Positions 1-11,591 of a stretch of DNA of 64,000 nt are shown in pieces (position 1 is the first letter of the stretch; each line of letters begins with the position of its first letter). Under the pieces are notes generated by a model. The model did no database searches. It was not told the origin of the DNA and saw nothing but the letters and a program-made list of their open reading frames with translations. A program made the translations under genes and the position numbers. Origin of the DNA: an uncultured Actinomycetes bacterium (GTDB lineage Bacteria; Actinomycetota; UBA4738; HRBIN12); the NCBI GenBank assembly GCA_963771385.1, contig CAVYTE010000003.1:52929-116928 (forward strand). Reading direction: 5' to 3'.

Positions 1-1551
<1,551 letters not shown>

Positions 1552-1672
1552 CTCCACGGCCAGCGATCGACACGCGAGGTTCCGCTCGAGGCACCCAGGC
1601 TAGGATTCGCCGGATGAGCGGAGAACCCGACGAGCTCGTTGCGCATGAACGCAGTGTGTCGAGCGACTCGGA

Positions 1673-2692
1673 ATGTCGACGATCGAAGGAGGACGGATGA
1701 CGAAGGGGATCCTCGAGCGGCTGGCCGAGGGGCCGGTGCTGGGAGACGGCGGCTACCTGCTCGAGCTCGAGAAGCGAGGCTACGTGCAGGCGGGGCCGTT
1801 CACTCCGGAGGTGGTGCTCGAGCACCCAGACGCGCTCGCACAGCTCCACCGGGAGTTCCTCCGCGCCGGCGCCGAGGTGCTCCAGACCATGACCTTCTAT
1901 GCGAGCGACGACAAGCTCGCCACGGTCGGGCTCCAGGGCAGGGTCGACGAGATCAACGAGAACGCGGTGCGGGTCGCCCGCGAGGTCGCGTCCGAAGGCA
2001 ACGCGCTCGTCGGGGGGAACCTGTCACTCACGTGGGCGTACCTGCCGGAGGATCCGTCGAGCCCGGATCACGTCCGAGCGCTGTTCGACCGGCAGCTGCA
2101 GGACCAGCTCGATGCGGGGCCGCCCGACTTCTGGATCGGCGAGACGTTCAGCTACCTGGGGGAGGCGGAGCTGTTCGTCGAGCGCGCGAAGGCGACCGGC
2201 CTGCCCGTGATGGTGACGATGTCCTTCGAGCAGCCGGAACCGCGTGCGTACGAGGGGGACACACCGGGCGACTGCGCCCGCAGGCTCCGGGACGCGGGCG
2301 CCGACATCGTGGGCGTGAACTGCCTGAACGGCCCCGAGCAGCAGCTGCCGATCGCGCTCGAGATGCGCGAAGCGGCCGGCGGGTTCGTCGCGACGCAGCC
2401 CGTCGCGTACCGGACGACCGCCGAGGCTCCCGACTTCACGGCGTCGCCGAGCTTCCCGTACGAGCTCGATCCGATGCAGCTGACCCGGCACAACATGGGG
2501 AGCTTCGCGGGTGAGGCGGCGGCGGGGGGCATCGGGTACATCGGTTCGTGCTGCGGGAGCGTGCAATCGCACGTCCGGGCGATGGCCAAGGTGCTCGGGA
2601 AGCTCCCGGAGTCCGAGCGCGAATGGAAGAGCCCCTCGGGCCGGCCGATGAGCGGGTACGAGTACCACGCGCACACCGAGACCGAGGTGTGA
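1673..2692 (+). CDS. homocysteine S-methyltransferase domain protein (betaine-homocysteine methyltransferase-like)
   Basis: GILERL..VLGDGGYLLELEKRGY and TMTFYASDDKL match the Hcy-binding domain of the BHMT/MmuM family. The true start may be the ATG near 1697. Confidence 0.6.
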   Translation: MSTIEGGRMTKGILERLAEGPVLGDGGYLLELEKRGYVQAGPFTPEVVLEHPDALAQLHREFLRAGAEVLQTMTFYASDDKLATVGLQGRVDEINENAVRVAREVASEGNALVGGNLSLTWAYLPEDPSSPDHVRALFDRQLQDQLDAGPPDFWIGETFSYLGEAELFVERAKATGLPVMVTMSFEQPEPRAYEGDTPGDCARRLRDAGADIVGVNCLNGPEQQLPIALEMREAAGGFVATQPVAYRTTAEAPDFTASPSFPYELDPMQLTRHNMGSFAGEAAAGGIGYIGSCCGSVQSHVRAMAKVLGKLPESEREWKSPSGRPMSGYEYHAHTETEV

Positions 2693-2782
2693 CGCCGCGG
2701 GGCGTGTCCTCCGAGTGGGGGAGCGCGACGTCCTACGACTTGCGTACGTAGACGGCACCGTCTGCCCACCTAGCGTGGCAGC

Positions 2783-3652
2783 ATGCGCCGCTCCCTCGCG
2801 CTCGCCGCCGTCCTGTGCGCCGCCGTGCTGACGCCGCTGTCGTCCGCGTCGGCGGGGCAGCCGTCGGCCGGCGTGACGAACCACGTCCTGACCGTCATCG
2901 GGACCGATCAAGGCGAGACGACGTCCATCGGCTGCGCGGGCAGCGAGGTCACCGTCGACGGGGCTTCCCCCTCGGGCGGGCCGGAGGCGTGCTCGAACCT
3001 GCGCGAGATCCGGGTGAACGCGGGCGGTGGGGACGATCGCGTCAGCCTCGCCGAGGTAGCGCGATCCACGTTCTCGAACCTCGTGTCGATCTCCGTGTCC
3101 GGCGACGACGGCGACGACACCTTGATCGGCTCGGACTTCGCGGACGTGCTCTCGGGCGGCGGCGGGGCGGATGTGGTGCGCGGTGGTTCCGGCGCCGACC
3201 GGCTGGTTCCCGGTCCCGGGTACAACCAGGTCGAGGGCGGGGACGGTCGTGACCGTGCCACGTTCTCCGGAGGGGGGAGCTGGTTCATGATCGACGGGCT
3301 GATCGGTCGCCGGAGCCCCGTCGCCGAGGAGTCCTCGGTCCGATCCGTCGAGGAGGTCGAGGTCGTGGGCGGCCCGGGCGCGGACCTGTTGTCCGGGGGC
3401 TCCTTCCCGGGTGTGCTGATCCTCCGGGGCATGGGGGGCAACGACCTACTCAACTCGGGTCCGAGGGACGACGTCGTGGAGGGTGGACGTGGTGACGACT
3501 GGCTGGATGCGAACGCGGGGAACGACGACATGGCCGGGGGTCCGGGCGACGATGTCATGCGAGGCGACGAGGGCAACGACGTCATGAACGGCGGCCCGGG
3601 CAACGACGTGTGCCTCAGCGGCCCGGGAGGCGACCGGGCCATCTCCTGCTAG
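2783..3652 (+). CDS. secreted calcium-binding protein with RTX (hemolysin-type GGxGxD) repeats
   Basis: Signal peptide MRRSLALAAVLCAAVLTPLSSASA is followed by many GGxGxD nonapeptide-like repeats, for example GGPGDDVMRGDEGNDVMNGGPGNDV. Confidence 0.7.
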   Translation: MRRSLALAAVLCAAVLTPLSSASAGQPSAGVTNHVLTVIGTDQGETTSIGCAGSEVTVDGASPSGGPEACSNLREIRVNAGGGDDRVSLAEVARSTFSNLVSISVSGDDGDDTLIGSDFADVLSGGGGADVVRGGSGADRLVPGPGYNQVEGGDGRDRATFSGGGSWFMIDGLIGRRSPVAEESSVRSVEEVEVVGGPGADLLSGGSFPGVLILRGMGGNDLLNSGPRDDVVEGGRGDDWLDANAGNDDMAGGPGDDVMRGDEGNDVMNGGPGNDVCLSGPGGDRAISC

Positions 3653-3661
3653 CCCGAACGG

Positions 3662-4924
3662 CTACGCGAGCTCGACGCGTACCGGCATGTGCTTGATGCC
3701 GTTCACGAAGTTCGAGCGCATCCGCACCACGGGGCCGGTGAGCTCGATCGACCGGAGGCGGGGGAGCAGCTCCTGGAGCAGGATCTTGGTCTCGAGCTTG
3801 GCCAGGTGCGCGCCGAGGCAGAAGTGCGGTCCGCCCGGGCCGAACGTGACGTGCTCACCGGCCCCGGCGCGGGTCACGTCGAACCGGTAGGGCTCGTCGA
3901 ACTTCTCCTCGTCGCGGTTCGCGCTGATGTACCAGGTGACCACCTTGTCGCCCTCGCGGATCACCTGGCCACGGAGCTCCGTGTCTCGCGCCGCGGTCCG
4001 CCGGAAGTGCAGGACGGGCGTCGCCCACCGCAGGATCTCGTCGACCGCCGGCCCGATCAGGGACGGATCGTCCTGCAGCATCCGCATCTGATCGGGGTGC
4101 TCCATGAGGGCGAGCAGCCCGTGGCTGATCGTGTGCCGGGTCGTCTCGTTCCCGGCGATCATCAGCAGGCCGAAGTAGTTGTCGAACTCTCGCTCGGACA
4201 GGATCCCCTCGCGCTGCGCGACGGTGAGCGCGGTGATCGCGTCGTCCTGCGGCTCCTCGAGCCGGAGGTCGCGCTGCCGGTGGGCGTACTCGAACATCTC
4301 GAGCGCGATCGGGGAGCGGAACGGGAGGGTGCGGTACTCCTCCGTGTCGACCTGATCGACGACCGCGTGCGTGAACTCCGGATCCTGGTTCCCGATCATC
4401 GCGTCACCCCAGCGGATCAGCATCGGCGCATCCTCCTGCGGGACGGTGAAGATCGCGCACAGGAACCGGATCGGGAGCTCGCGCGAGATCTCGGGGACGA
4501 GGTCGAACTCCTCCCGCTCGAGCGCCAGGTCGAGCACCCGTCGAGCGACGTCGCGGATGAAGTCCTCGTACGCGCCGACGCCCCGGGCGGAGAACCGCTT
4601 GTTGCAGATGTTGCGGAGCTCGCGATGCCGGGGCGGGTCCGTCTCGAGCATCGACTTGCGGATCCGTAGTTGTTCCTCGTCGAGCTCTTCGAGCGCGACC
4701 GCCCCCTTCTCGGACGAGAAGGTCTCCCAGTCCATGTGGACCTGGACGAGGTCGTCGTAGCGCGTGACCGCCCAGAAGCCGTGGTTCGGCGCGGGTTCGG
4801 GATGCCAGGCGACGGGTGCGGTGTGCCGGAGCTCGTCGAACCATTCGAACGGGATCCGGTCGACGTAGCTGTCGGGGTTCGCCAGGTCCATCCTGGAGAC
4901 GTCGATCTGGGTGGCGACGCTCAT
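3662..4924 (-). CDS. cytochrome P450
   Basis: Heme-binding loop FGPGGPHFCLGAHLA, I-helix AGNETT and the ExxR region are present. Protein length 420 aa. The gene starts 28 bp downstream of the GS-like gene on the same strand. Confidence 0.85.
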   Translation of the reverse strand: MSVATQIDVSRMDLANPDSYVDRIPFEWFDELRHTAPVAWHPEPAPNHGFWAVTRYDDLVQVHMDWETFSSEKGAVALEELDEEQLRIRKSMLETDPPRHRELRNICNKRFSARGVGAYEDFIRDVARRVLDLALEREEFDLVPEISRELPIRFLCAIFTVPQEDAPMLIRWGDAMIGNQDPEFTHAVVDQVDTEEYRTLPFRSPIALEMFEYAHRQRDLRLEEPQDDAITALTVAQREGILSEREFDNYFGLLMIAGNETTRHTISHGLLALMEHPDQMRMLQDDPSLIGPAVDEILRWATPVLHFRRTAARDTELRGQVIREGDKVVTWYISANRDEEKFDEPYRFDVTRAGAGEHVTFGPGGPHFCLGAHLAKLETKILLQELLPRLRSIELTGPVVRMRSNFVNGIKHMPVRVELA

Positions 4925-4952
4925 CGATCGGCTCCGATCCTGGGGACCACCA

Positions 4953-6257
4953 TCAGAAGTACGGGAGGTAGTAGTCGATCTCCCACGGGGTGACCTCTGT
5001 CGTGGCAGGGTCCGTGACGGTCTTCGCGTACCGCTCCCATTCCGCCCGCTTCAGCTTGACGAACGACTCGATGACCCAGGGCCCGAACGCGGCCGCGAAT
5101 TCCTCGTCGGCCTCGAGCGCGATCAGCGCCGCCTCCAGGGTCGGCGGCACGCGCCGCTCGGTGTTCGGTGGCTCGCCGGGGACCTGCGGTTCGGGCACCG
5201 ACATCGAGTGCTCCACCCCGAACCTGGCTGCGTGCAGGACGGCCGCCGCCATCAGGTACGGGTTCGCCGCGCCGTCCGCCATGCGGTGCTCGAGCCGCGT
5301 CCCCTCGCCGCGCGCGGGCGGGACGCGGATGCAGACCGTACGGTCGTCGTGACCCCAGTTCGCCCAGTAGCCGTTCAGCATGTCCGGTTGCAGGCGCTTA
5401 TACGCGTTCGTGTGTGGGGCGGCGATCGCCCCGATCGCCTCGTGATGCGCGAGCAGCCCGGCGATGCACTCCCTCGCGATCGGGGCCAGCCCGTCGGACG
5501 CGTGCGGCTCGTGGAACGCGTTCGAGCCGTCGGGGCGCCGGAACGAGAAGTTGATGTGCAGGCCGCTGCCGCCCCGGTCGTTGAACGGACGGCCCAGGAA
5601 CGTCGCGAGCTTCTTGTGCTTGGTGGCCGTCTCCTTGATGAGCAGGCGGAACAGGAAACATTCGTCGGCGGCCGCCATCGCCTCCTTGTACTTCACGTTC
5701 ACCTCGTAGGCAGACTCGTCGAACTCGCTGTTCCAGCCCTCGACCGGGAACCCGCATCGCAGCAGGGAGCTCACCATCTCGTCGACGACGCCGTCGGGGT
5801 CGACAGCCATGCCGGTCCCGTACACCCGATGCGAGGGGAGCGAGACGGGCACCCATCCGTCGTCGCCGCGCTCGCACAGGTAGAACTCGGACTCGAACGC
5901 CATCATCGGCTCGAGGCCCATCGCCCTCCAGGGTTCGATGGCCGAACGCAGCACCTGGCGCGGGTCGACCTCGAGCGGTTCGCCGTCCCGTTGGATGTCC
6001 GCGATCCCGATGACCGTGTCCGGTTCCCATCCCGGGCGGAGCGTGTCTCGATCGAGGTGCGCCTCGATGTCGGGCAGGCCGATGTCGAACTGCTGGCGCG
6101 ACACGTCGAGGATCTCCCGGTCGGTGGTCAAGGGGTAGACGCCGATGCAGAACGCCGCGTGCCCCGCGTCGGCGACTTCGCCGAATAGGTACTTGCCGCG
6201 CTCGACGCCCAGCAGGTCCGGGTACAGGAGCCGGAGCCGCTTGCCCTTGATGTCCAT
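4953..6257 (-). CDS. glutamine synthetase family protein (GS-like gamma-glutamyl-amine synthetase candidate)
   Basis: Catalytic-domain motifs include NFSFRRPDGSNAF and AAPHTNAYKRL, followed by RTVCIRVP..GTRLEHRMADGAANPYL. Length 434 aa. Confidence 0.75.
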   Translation of the reverse strand: MDIKGKRLRLLYPDLLGVERGKYLFGEVADAGHAAFCIGVYPLTTDREILDVSRQQFDIGLPDIEAHLDRDTLRPGWEPDTVIGIADIQRDGEPLEVDPRQVLRSAIEPWRAMGLEPMMAFESEFYLCERGDDGWVPVSLPSHRVYGTGMAVDPDGVVDEMVSSLLRCGFPVEGWNSEFDESAYEVNVKYKEAMAAADECFLFRLLIKETATKHKKLATFLGRPFNDRGGSGLHINFSFRRPDGSNAFHEPHASDGLAPIARECIAGLLAHHEAIGAIAAPHTNAYKRLQPDMLNGYWANWGHDDRTVCIRVPPARGEGTRLEHRMADGAANPYLMAAAVLHAARFGVEHSMSVPEPQVPGEPPNTERRVPPTLEAALIALEADEEFAAAFGPWVIESFVKLKRAEWERYAKTVTDPATTEVTPWEIDYYLPYF

Positions 6258-6355
6258 CGTCGCTCCTCGGGTCCGGCCGAGTCGGGCCGGTCCCGAGCGC
6301 GAGGATAGCCCACGCGGTGGTCCGAGGGCGGTCCACCGGATAGGGTGCCCGGCTC

Positions 6356-6880
6356 GTGGACGACGACCTCGACATCGAGACGGACCGTCTCCGCCTGCGT
6401 CGCTACCGAACGGAGGACGTCGACGAGCTCGCGGCGATGTTCGCCGACGCCGAGCACATGCGGTTCTACCCCGCGACGTTCACGCGCGAGCAGACACAGG
6501 GATGGGTGGCGGAGCAGCTCGAACGGTATGAACGCGACGGGTTCGGACTGCTGGTCGCCGAGGACAAGACGACCGGCGCGGTGGTCGGCACGTTCGGGCC
6601 CGCCGTCCGCGTGGTGGAGGACCAGCGGGTGGTGGAGATCGGCTGGCACGTCCGCCCGGGATGGAAGGGCGTGGGGATCGCGCCCGAGGCGGCCGCCGCC
6701 GTGCGCGACTGGGTCTTCGAGCACCTGCCCGTCGACCACGTGATCTCGCTCGTGCGTCCGGAGAACCGGCCGTCCGTTCGGGTCGCCGAGAAGATCGGGA
6801 TGCGCGTCGACCGGGAGGTCGAGTACCACGGCCTCCCGCACCTCGTGTACCGGATCGACCGGCGAACGGAGGCCGGCTGA
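6356..6880 (+). CDS. GNAT family N-acetyltransferase (RimL-like)
   Basis: LRLRRYRTEDVDEL at the N-terminus and a GNAT core HVRPGWKGVGIAPEAA are present. The gene is divergent from the GS-like gene. Confidence 0.65.
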   Translation: MDDDLDIETDRLRLRRYRTEDVDELAAMFADAEHMRFYPATFTREQTQGWVAEQLERYERDGFGLLVAEDKTTGAVVGTFGPAVRVVEDQRVVEIGWHVRPGWKGVGIAPEAAAAVRDWVFEHLPVDHVISLVRPENRPSVRVAEKIGMRVDREVEYHGLPHLVYRIDRRTEAG

Positions 6881-6901
6881 ACCTCCGGTACGCTCCGGAG
6901 C

Positions 6902-7567
6902 ATGCGTGCGCTGATCATCAAGCCGCACCGGCTCGAGGATCCCGGGACCGTGGACGAACGCCTGCGCGAGCGCGGCGTCGAGCTCGTCGAGCACGTCCCG
7001 AGCGAGGATCCGGCGATCCCGCCGCTCGACGGGTTCGACCTGCTGCTGTGCTTCGGCGCGCCGTGGTCGGTCTATGGCCCGGAGGTCCGGCCGTGGATCG
7101 ACACGCTCCTGCAGCGACTTCGGGACTCGGCCGAACGCGATCTGCCGTACCTCGGGATCTGCTTCGGGGCGCAGGCGCACGCGAAGGCTCTCGGCGGTGA
7201 GGTCTACAAGGCGGAGCGGTGGGAGCTCGGGCTCGGGACGGTCGACGTCGTCGACGGCGGACCCGTGGAGCCGGGGCCGTGGATGATGTGGCACTCGGAC
7301 ACATTCAGCCTTCCCGACGGTGCGCGGCTCCTCGCGACGAGTCCTTCGGGTCCGCAGGCGTACGCGCTCGGCCGGAGCCTCGTGGTGCAGTTCCACCCAG
7401 AGGTGACGCCGAGGATCTTCGGTGGGTGGTGCCGGCTCGACGATTCGGACTTCGAACGGTTCGGCGTCGACCAGCAGACGGTGCGCGCGGAGCTCGACCG
7501 GCGCGCCCGCGAGATCCGCGCCAGGTCCCGACGACTGGTGGACGCATTCCTCGACGGCGGGTTCTGA
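6902..7567 (+). CDS. class I glutamine amidotransferase-like protein (possible gamma-glutamyl-amide hydrolase)
   Basis: GATase1 fold with the catalytic Cys in LGICFGAQ and a His/Glu region FHPEV near the C-terminus. Confidence 0.6.
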   Translation: MRALIIKPHRLEDPGTVDERLRERGVELVEHVPSEDPAIPPLDGFDLLLCFGAPWSVYGPEVRPWIDTLLQRLRDSAERDLPYLGICFGAQAHAKALGGEVYKAERWELGLGTVDVVDGGPVEPGPWMMWHSDTFSLPDGARLLATSPSGPQAYALGRSLVVQFHPEVTPRIFGGWCRLDDSDFERFGVDQQTVRAELDRRAREIRARSRRLVDAFLDGGF

Positions 7568-7580
7568 TGGGCGGACCAGC

Positions 7581-8015
7581 TCAGGTCGTGCCGTCCGTTC
7601 CGAGTCGCGGGAGCAGCACCGTCACGGAACCGCCGGCGCCGAGGTCACGGGTGTAGGCGAGCACCGCGCCGGCGGTGTCGGCGGCGGGCCCGATGTCCGA
7701 AAGCAGACCTTTCGTCGGACCCTGCCCGGCGCGCCAGAGGTCGTCCTGCCACGAGCCCGCTCCGCGAACCGTCACGGCGACGTAGTCACCCGCGGGTGCC
7801 CACGCCTCTTCCTCGGGATCGTCGTCCGGCTCGACCGTCGTGTTCGAGACGTTGAGGGTGAGCGCCTCGAGCTCGTTCCCGCGACCCAGCCCGAGCGCGA
7901 TCATCTCGCCGAGCATCGGCAGGAACACCTCGTCCCGGGTGTCGGCTTCCCAGAGTTCGGGTGGACGCTCCGTCCGCATGAAGCCATGGGCCCGCAGGAT
8001 CGCGTCGAACTCCAA
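7581..8015 (-). CDS. hypothetical protein
   Basis: The ORF fills the gap downstream of the GNAT-FAH gene on the same strand. No family was recognised. Confidence 0.35.
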   Translation of the reverse strand: MEFDAILRAHGFMRTERPPELWEADTRDEVFLPMLGEMIALGLGRGNELEALTLNVSNTTVEPDDDPEEEAWAPAGDYVAVTVRGAGSWQDDLWRAGQGPTKGLLSDIGPAADTAGAVLAYTRDLGAGGSVTVLLPRLGTDGTT

Positions 8016-8018
8016 GCC

Positions 8019-9420
8019 TCAGTCCCGCTGTGGCGGGCGGATCCCGCGGAACTCCCAGTCCCCGCCGAACGCGGTCGAGGTCACCTCTTCGGACGCGCTC
8101 GGCTGCGCCCCGACATCGTCGCGGATCGGCGTTTCGCCCTCCACGATCGTGTTGCGGAGGACGCCGAGGCCCTCGACCTCGACCTCGACCACGTCACCCG
8201 GCTCAACCGGCCTTGAGTTCGCCGGCGTTCCCGACAGGATCACGTCCCCCGGGACGAGGGTGATCGTGCGCGCGATGTCCGCCACGAGGTAGTGCATGTC
8301 CCACCGCATCTCGTCGGTCGTCCCGTCCTGCCGCACCTCGCCGTTCACGAGCGTTCGGATCCGCTTCCCGCGGAAGTCCCAGTCGTCCACGAGGCCGGGC
8401 CCGAGCGGGCACAGCGTGTCCGAGCCCTTCACGCGGAGCATCGAACCCGCGTCCGTGTCGCGGAAGTCGTGGAGGCCGTAGTCGTTCGCGATCGTGTAGC
8501 CGGCGATGTAGTCGGGGGCCTCCTCGGGCGAGATGTGCCTGCATCCCCGTCCGATCACGATCGCGATCTCGCCCTCGTAGTTCAGGTACCGGCACCTCGG
8601 CGGGCGCACCACGTCGCCGCCGTGCGCGTTCAGCGCGCTGATCGGCTTGTGGAAATACGTCGGGGCGGGCGGGAGGTTCGCGAGGAACTCCTTGACCCGG
8701 CTCTCGTAGTTGAGGTGGATGCAGACGATCTTCGTGGGCTCGACCGGCGAGAGATGCTCCGCGGCGTCGATCGGGACACGGCGCCCGTCGCGCGCGACCA
8801 GCTCGTCCCCCTCGCGGCTCATCGGGGTCGGCCGGCCGTCGAGCAGGATCCGCCGCGTCTCCACGAGCGCAGTATGTCGCGGCCCGGCGGGACCGGCACC
8901 GGACGCCTCACCCGGGTCCGGCATCTGCCGCTCGAACCATGCGACGTCCCAGTACCGGCCGAACTTGCGCCCCTGCTCCGTGAAGCGGGCCGCCTCTCGG
9001 AAGCCGAACCGTTCGTGTAACGCGACCGACGCCGGGTTCGGGAGGCCGATCCCCGCATAGGCGCGGTGGACATCCTCGCTTCGCAGGAGGTCGAACAGGG
9101 CCGCGTACAGCCGCGTTCCGATGCCTCGGCCCGTGTGGTGTTCGTCGACGTACACGCTGGTCTCCACGGATGGGTCGTACGCCGGCCGGTTCCGGTACCG
9201 CCCGCTGGACGCGAAGCCCAGCACCGTTCCGTCGTGCACCGCCACGATCGTGCGATGGCGTCCGCCGCCGTGCTCGGCGAGCCAGGCGAGCCGCGCCCCG
9301 ATCGTCATCGGCTCGAGGTCGAACGTGGCGTGTGAGCTCTCGATGTATGGGTTGTAGATGTCGTTGATGGCCTTCGCATCGTCGCCGGTCGCATCATGGA
9401 TCAGGGGTTCGGAACGCACG
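8019..9420 (-). CDS. fusion protein: N-terminal GNAT acetyltransferase (phosphinothricin-acetyltransferase-like) and C-terminal fumarylacetoacetate hydrolase (FAH) family domain
   Basis: A single open frame. The GNAT block IVAVHDGTVLGFASSGRYRNRPAY..HTGRGIGTRLY is followed by the FAH block KIVCIHLNY..YEGEIAIVIGR..PGDVILSGTP. Probable GTG start near 9420, but the ORF is open up to 9551. Confidence 0.6.
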
Positions 9421-9469
9421 GATCCATGATGGCCTCGTTCGGCCGTCGGATGGTTACCGACGCGTAACG

Positions 9470-10303
9470 GTGTCGGGCCGGGCCGTCCGACGCGCGGCGT
9501 TAGGATTGCGGGCCATGCCCGAGCTGAAGGGGTTCGTCCCGCCGCGCACACCGGAAGGCCGGGCGACCGTCGTCCCCGGCCCGCCGTGGCACTACTCGGG
9601 CGACCTGCTCACGATCGAGTACCGGGCCGCGCCGGGGTCGGTGGCCCGCTGGCTCCCCGATCCGATCGACCCAGCCGACGAGGACCCCGACGCGGTCGCC
9701 GTGATCTTCGCCGACTGGCAGTCCTGTTCGGACACCTTCGAGGAGCTCCTCGACCCGGTCCGCTCGCAGTACAAGGAGGCGTTCGTCGTCGTCCGGTGCC
9801 GGTACCGGGGCGAGCGGTACTCGCGTTGCCTGTCGATCTGGGTCGACAAGGACTTCTCGATGGTCCGGGGTTGGCACCAGGGGTATCCGAAGAAGCTCGG
9901 CTCGATCTGGATGACGCGCCCGGTCGGCTTCGGGAGGGCCGGGCCGAGGCTCGAGCCGGGCGGGCGTTTCGGCGCGACCGTGTCCGCGAACGACCGGCGG
10001 ATCGTCGAAGCGCGGTTCACGATCTCGGGGCCGTCCGACACGAACGGCTTCGTGAACGCGCTGCCGATGCTGCATAGCCGCTACTTCCCCTCGATCGAGG
10101 AGGGAAGCCCCCCGTCGATGGATGAGCTCGTCACGATGAAGAGCTACGACTGGGAGGGTTCGGACATCTGGACCGGCGACGCCGAGCTCTCGTTCGGACC
10201 CTCGCCCACCGAGGAGCTCGAGAGCCTCGCGCCCGTCGAGGTGATCGGTGGGTACTGGCGGAGCGTGGGCGTGACCTGGGGCATCGGGACCCGTCTCGAC
10301 TGA
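9470..10303 (+). CDS. acetoacetate decarboxylase (ADC) family protein
   Basis: PPWHYSGDLLTIEYRA and the overall ADC-family layout are present. A likely alternative start is the ATG at 9515 (MPELKGF). Confidence 0.6.
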   Translation: MSGRAVRRAALGLRAMPELKGFVPPRTPEGRATVVPGPPWHYSGDLLTIEYRAAPGSVARWLPDPIDPADEDPDAVAVIFADWQSCSDTFEELLDPVRSQYKEAFVVVRCRYRGERYSRCLSIWVDKDFSMVRGWHQGYPKKLGSIWMTRPVGFGRAGPRLEPGGRFGATVSANDRRIVEARFTISGPSDTNGFVNALPMLHSRYFPSIEEGSPPSMDELVTMKSYDWEGSDIWTGDAELSFGPSPTEELESLAPVEVIGGYWRSVGVTWGIGTRLD

Positions 10304-10310
10304 GCGATCC

Positions 10311-11558
10311 TTGGGGGCCGTTCGGACCGTCGACGTCACGACCGCGCGTCGCCTCGCGATCGCGAAGCAGCGCCTCGATGCCCCGGCACCACGTTCGTCG
10401 CCGGCCCGGGTGCTCGACGTCGTGGGGTCGATCCGGTGCGTGCAACTCGACCCGATCTCCGTGGTCGCGAGGAGCCCCTTGCTCGTCCTTCGGAGCCGAC
10501 TCGCCGGCTTCGAGCCGAAGCATCTCGACCGGCTCCTGTGGCGCGATCGTTCCCTGTTCGAGTACTGGGCGCACGCCGCCTCGATCGTCCTGACCGAGGA
10601 CTACCCGATCCACGCCTGGCAGATGCGACGGTACGTCATGCCGAACGGTTCGGACTGGCACGAGCGGGTGGTCGAGTGGATCCGTGCGAACGACCGGCTC
10701 CGGCGCTCGGTCCTCCGGCAGCTGCGTCGGGACGGGCCACTGCCGTCGCGGGCGATCACCGATATCACGAACCAGTCCTGGCGCTCCACCGGCTGGACGA
10801 ACGAGCGCAACGTTGATCGCATGCTCGCGCTCCTGTGGCGTGCCGGTCGCATCCTGGTCGCGGGTCGAGAGGGCCTGCAGAAGTTGTGGGATCTGGCGGA
10901 GCGCGTCCTGCCGGAGGACATCTCGCGCGAGCGCCTGTCCGATCTGGAGCTCACGCGCCGGGCGACGGAGCGCTCGTTGCTGGGGCTCGGCGTCGCGACA
11001 CCAGCGCATATACGCGGACACTTCACCGAGGGCCGGTATCCGGAGCTCGCGGCGGTCCTCGAGGGTTTCGAGCGGCGCGGCGTCGTCCAGCGGGTCGACA
11101 TCGTCCGCGATGGGACACCCCTGAGGGGGACCTGGTTCATCCATCGGGACGACCGGTCGCTGCTCGATCGGCTCGAGGCCGGCGGCTGGCGACCGCGAGC
11201 GACGCTGCTCTCGCCGTTCGACAACCTGATCCGCGATCGCAAGCGGTCCCTCGAGCTGTTCGATCTCGACTATCGGATGGAGATCTATGTGCCGAAAGCC
11301 GAGCGCCGGTTCGGCTACTACGCGATGCCGCTGCTCGAGGGCGATCGGCTCCTCGCGCGCGTCGACCCGGCGGCGGATCGGACTCGAGGCCGTCTCGTCG
11401 TGCACCAGGTGACGCCGGAACCGGAGGTGAAGCCGGATCGCTCGAACGCGGTGGCCCTCGCGACCGCCGTCGGCGAGCTGGCATCGTGGGTGGGCGCCGA
11501 TGCGATCGAGGTCGCCGGCCCTGTCCCGCAGGCGTGGCGGCGAGCCCTCTCCGGCTGA
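10311..11558 (+). CDS. winged-helix DNA glycosylase-like protein (YcaQ/AlkZ, HTH_42 family)
   Basis: VQLDPISVVARSPLLVLRSRL and FEYWAHAASIV resemble the YcaQ/AlkZ family of interstrand-crosslink-repair glycosylases. Confidence 0.5.
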   Translation: MGAVRTVDVTTARRLAIAKQRLDAPAPRSSPARVLDVVGSIRCVQLDPISVVARSPLLVLRSRLAGFEPKHLDRLLWRDRSLFEYWAHAASIVLTEDYPIHAWQMRRYVMPNGSDWHERVVEWIRANDRLRRSVLRQLRRDGPLPSRAITDITNQSWRSTGWTNERNVDRMLALLWRAGRILVAGREGLQKLWDLAERVLPEDISRERLSDLELTRRATERSLLGLGVATPAHIRGHFTEGRYPELAAVLEGFERRGVVQRVDIVRDGTPLRGTWFIHRDDRSLLDRLEAGGWRPRATLLSPFDNLIRDRKRSLELFDLDYRMEIYVPKAERRFGYYAMPLLEGDRLLARVDPAADRTRGRLVVHQVTPEPEVKPDRSNAVALATAVGELASWVGADAIEVAGPVPQAWRRALSG

Positions 11559-11591
11559 GACGCGACCCGCCGAAGACCGTACCGTGCGCAC

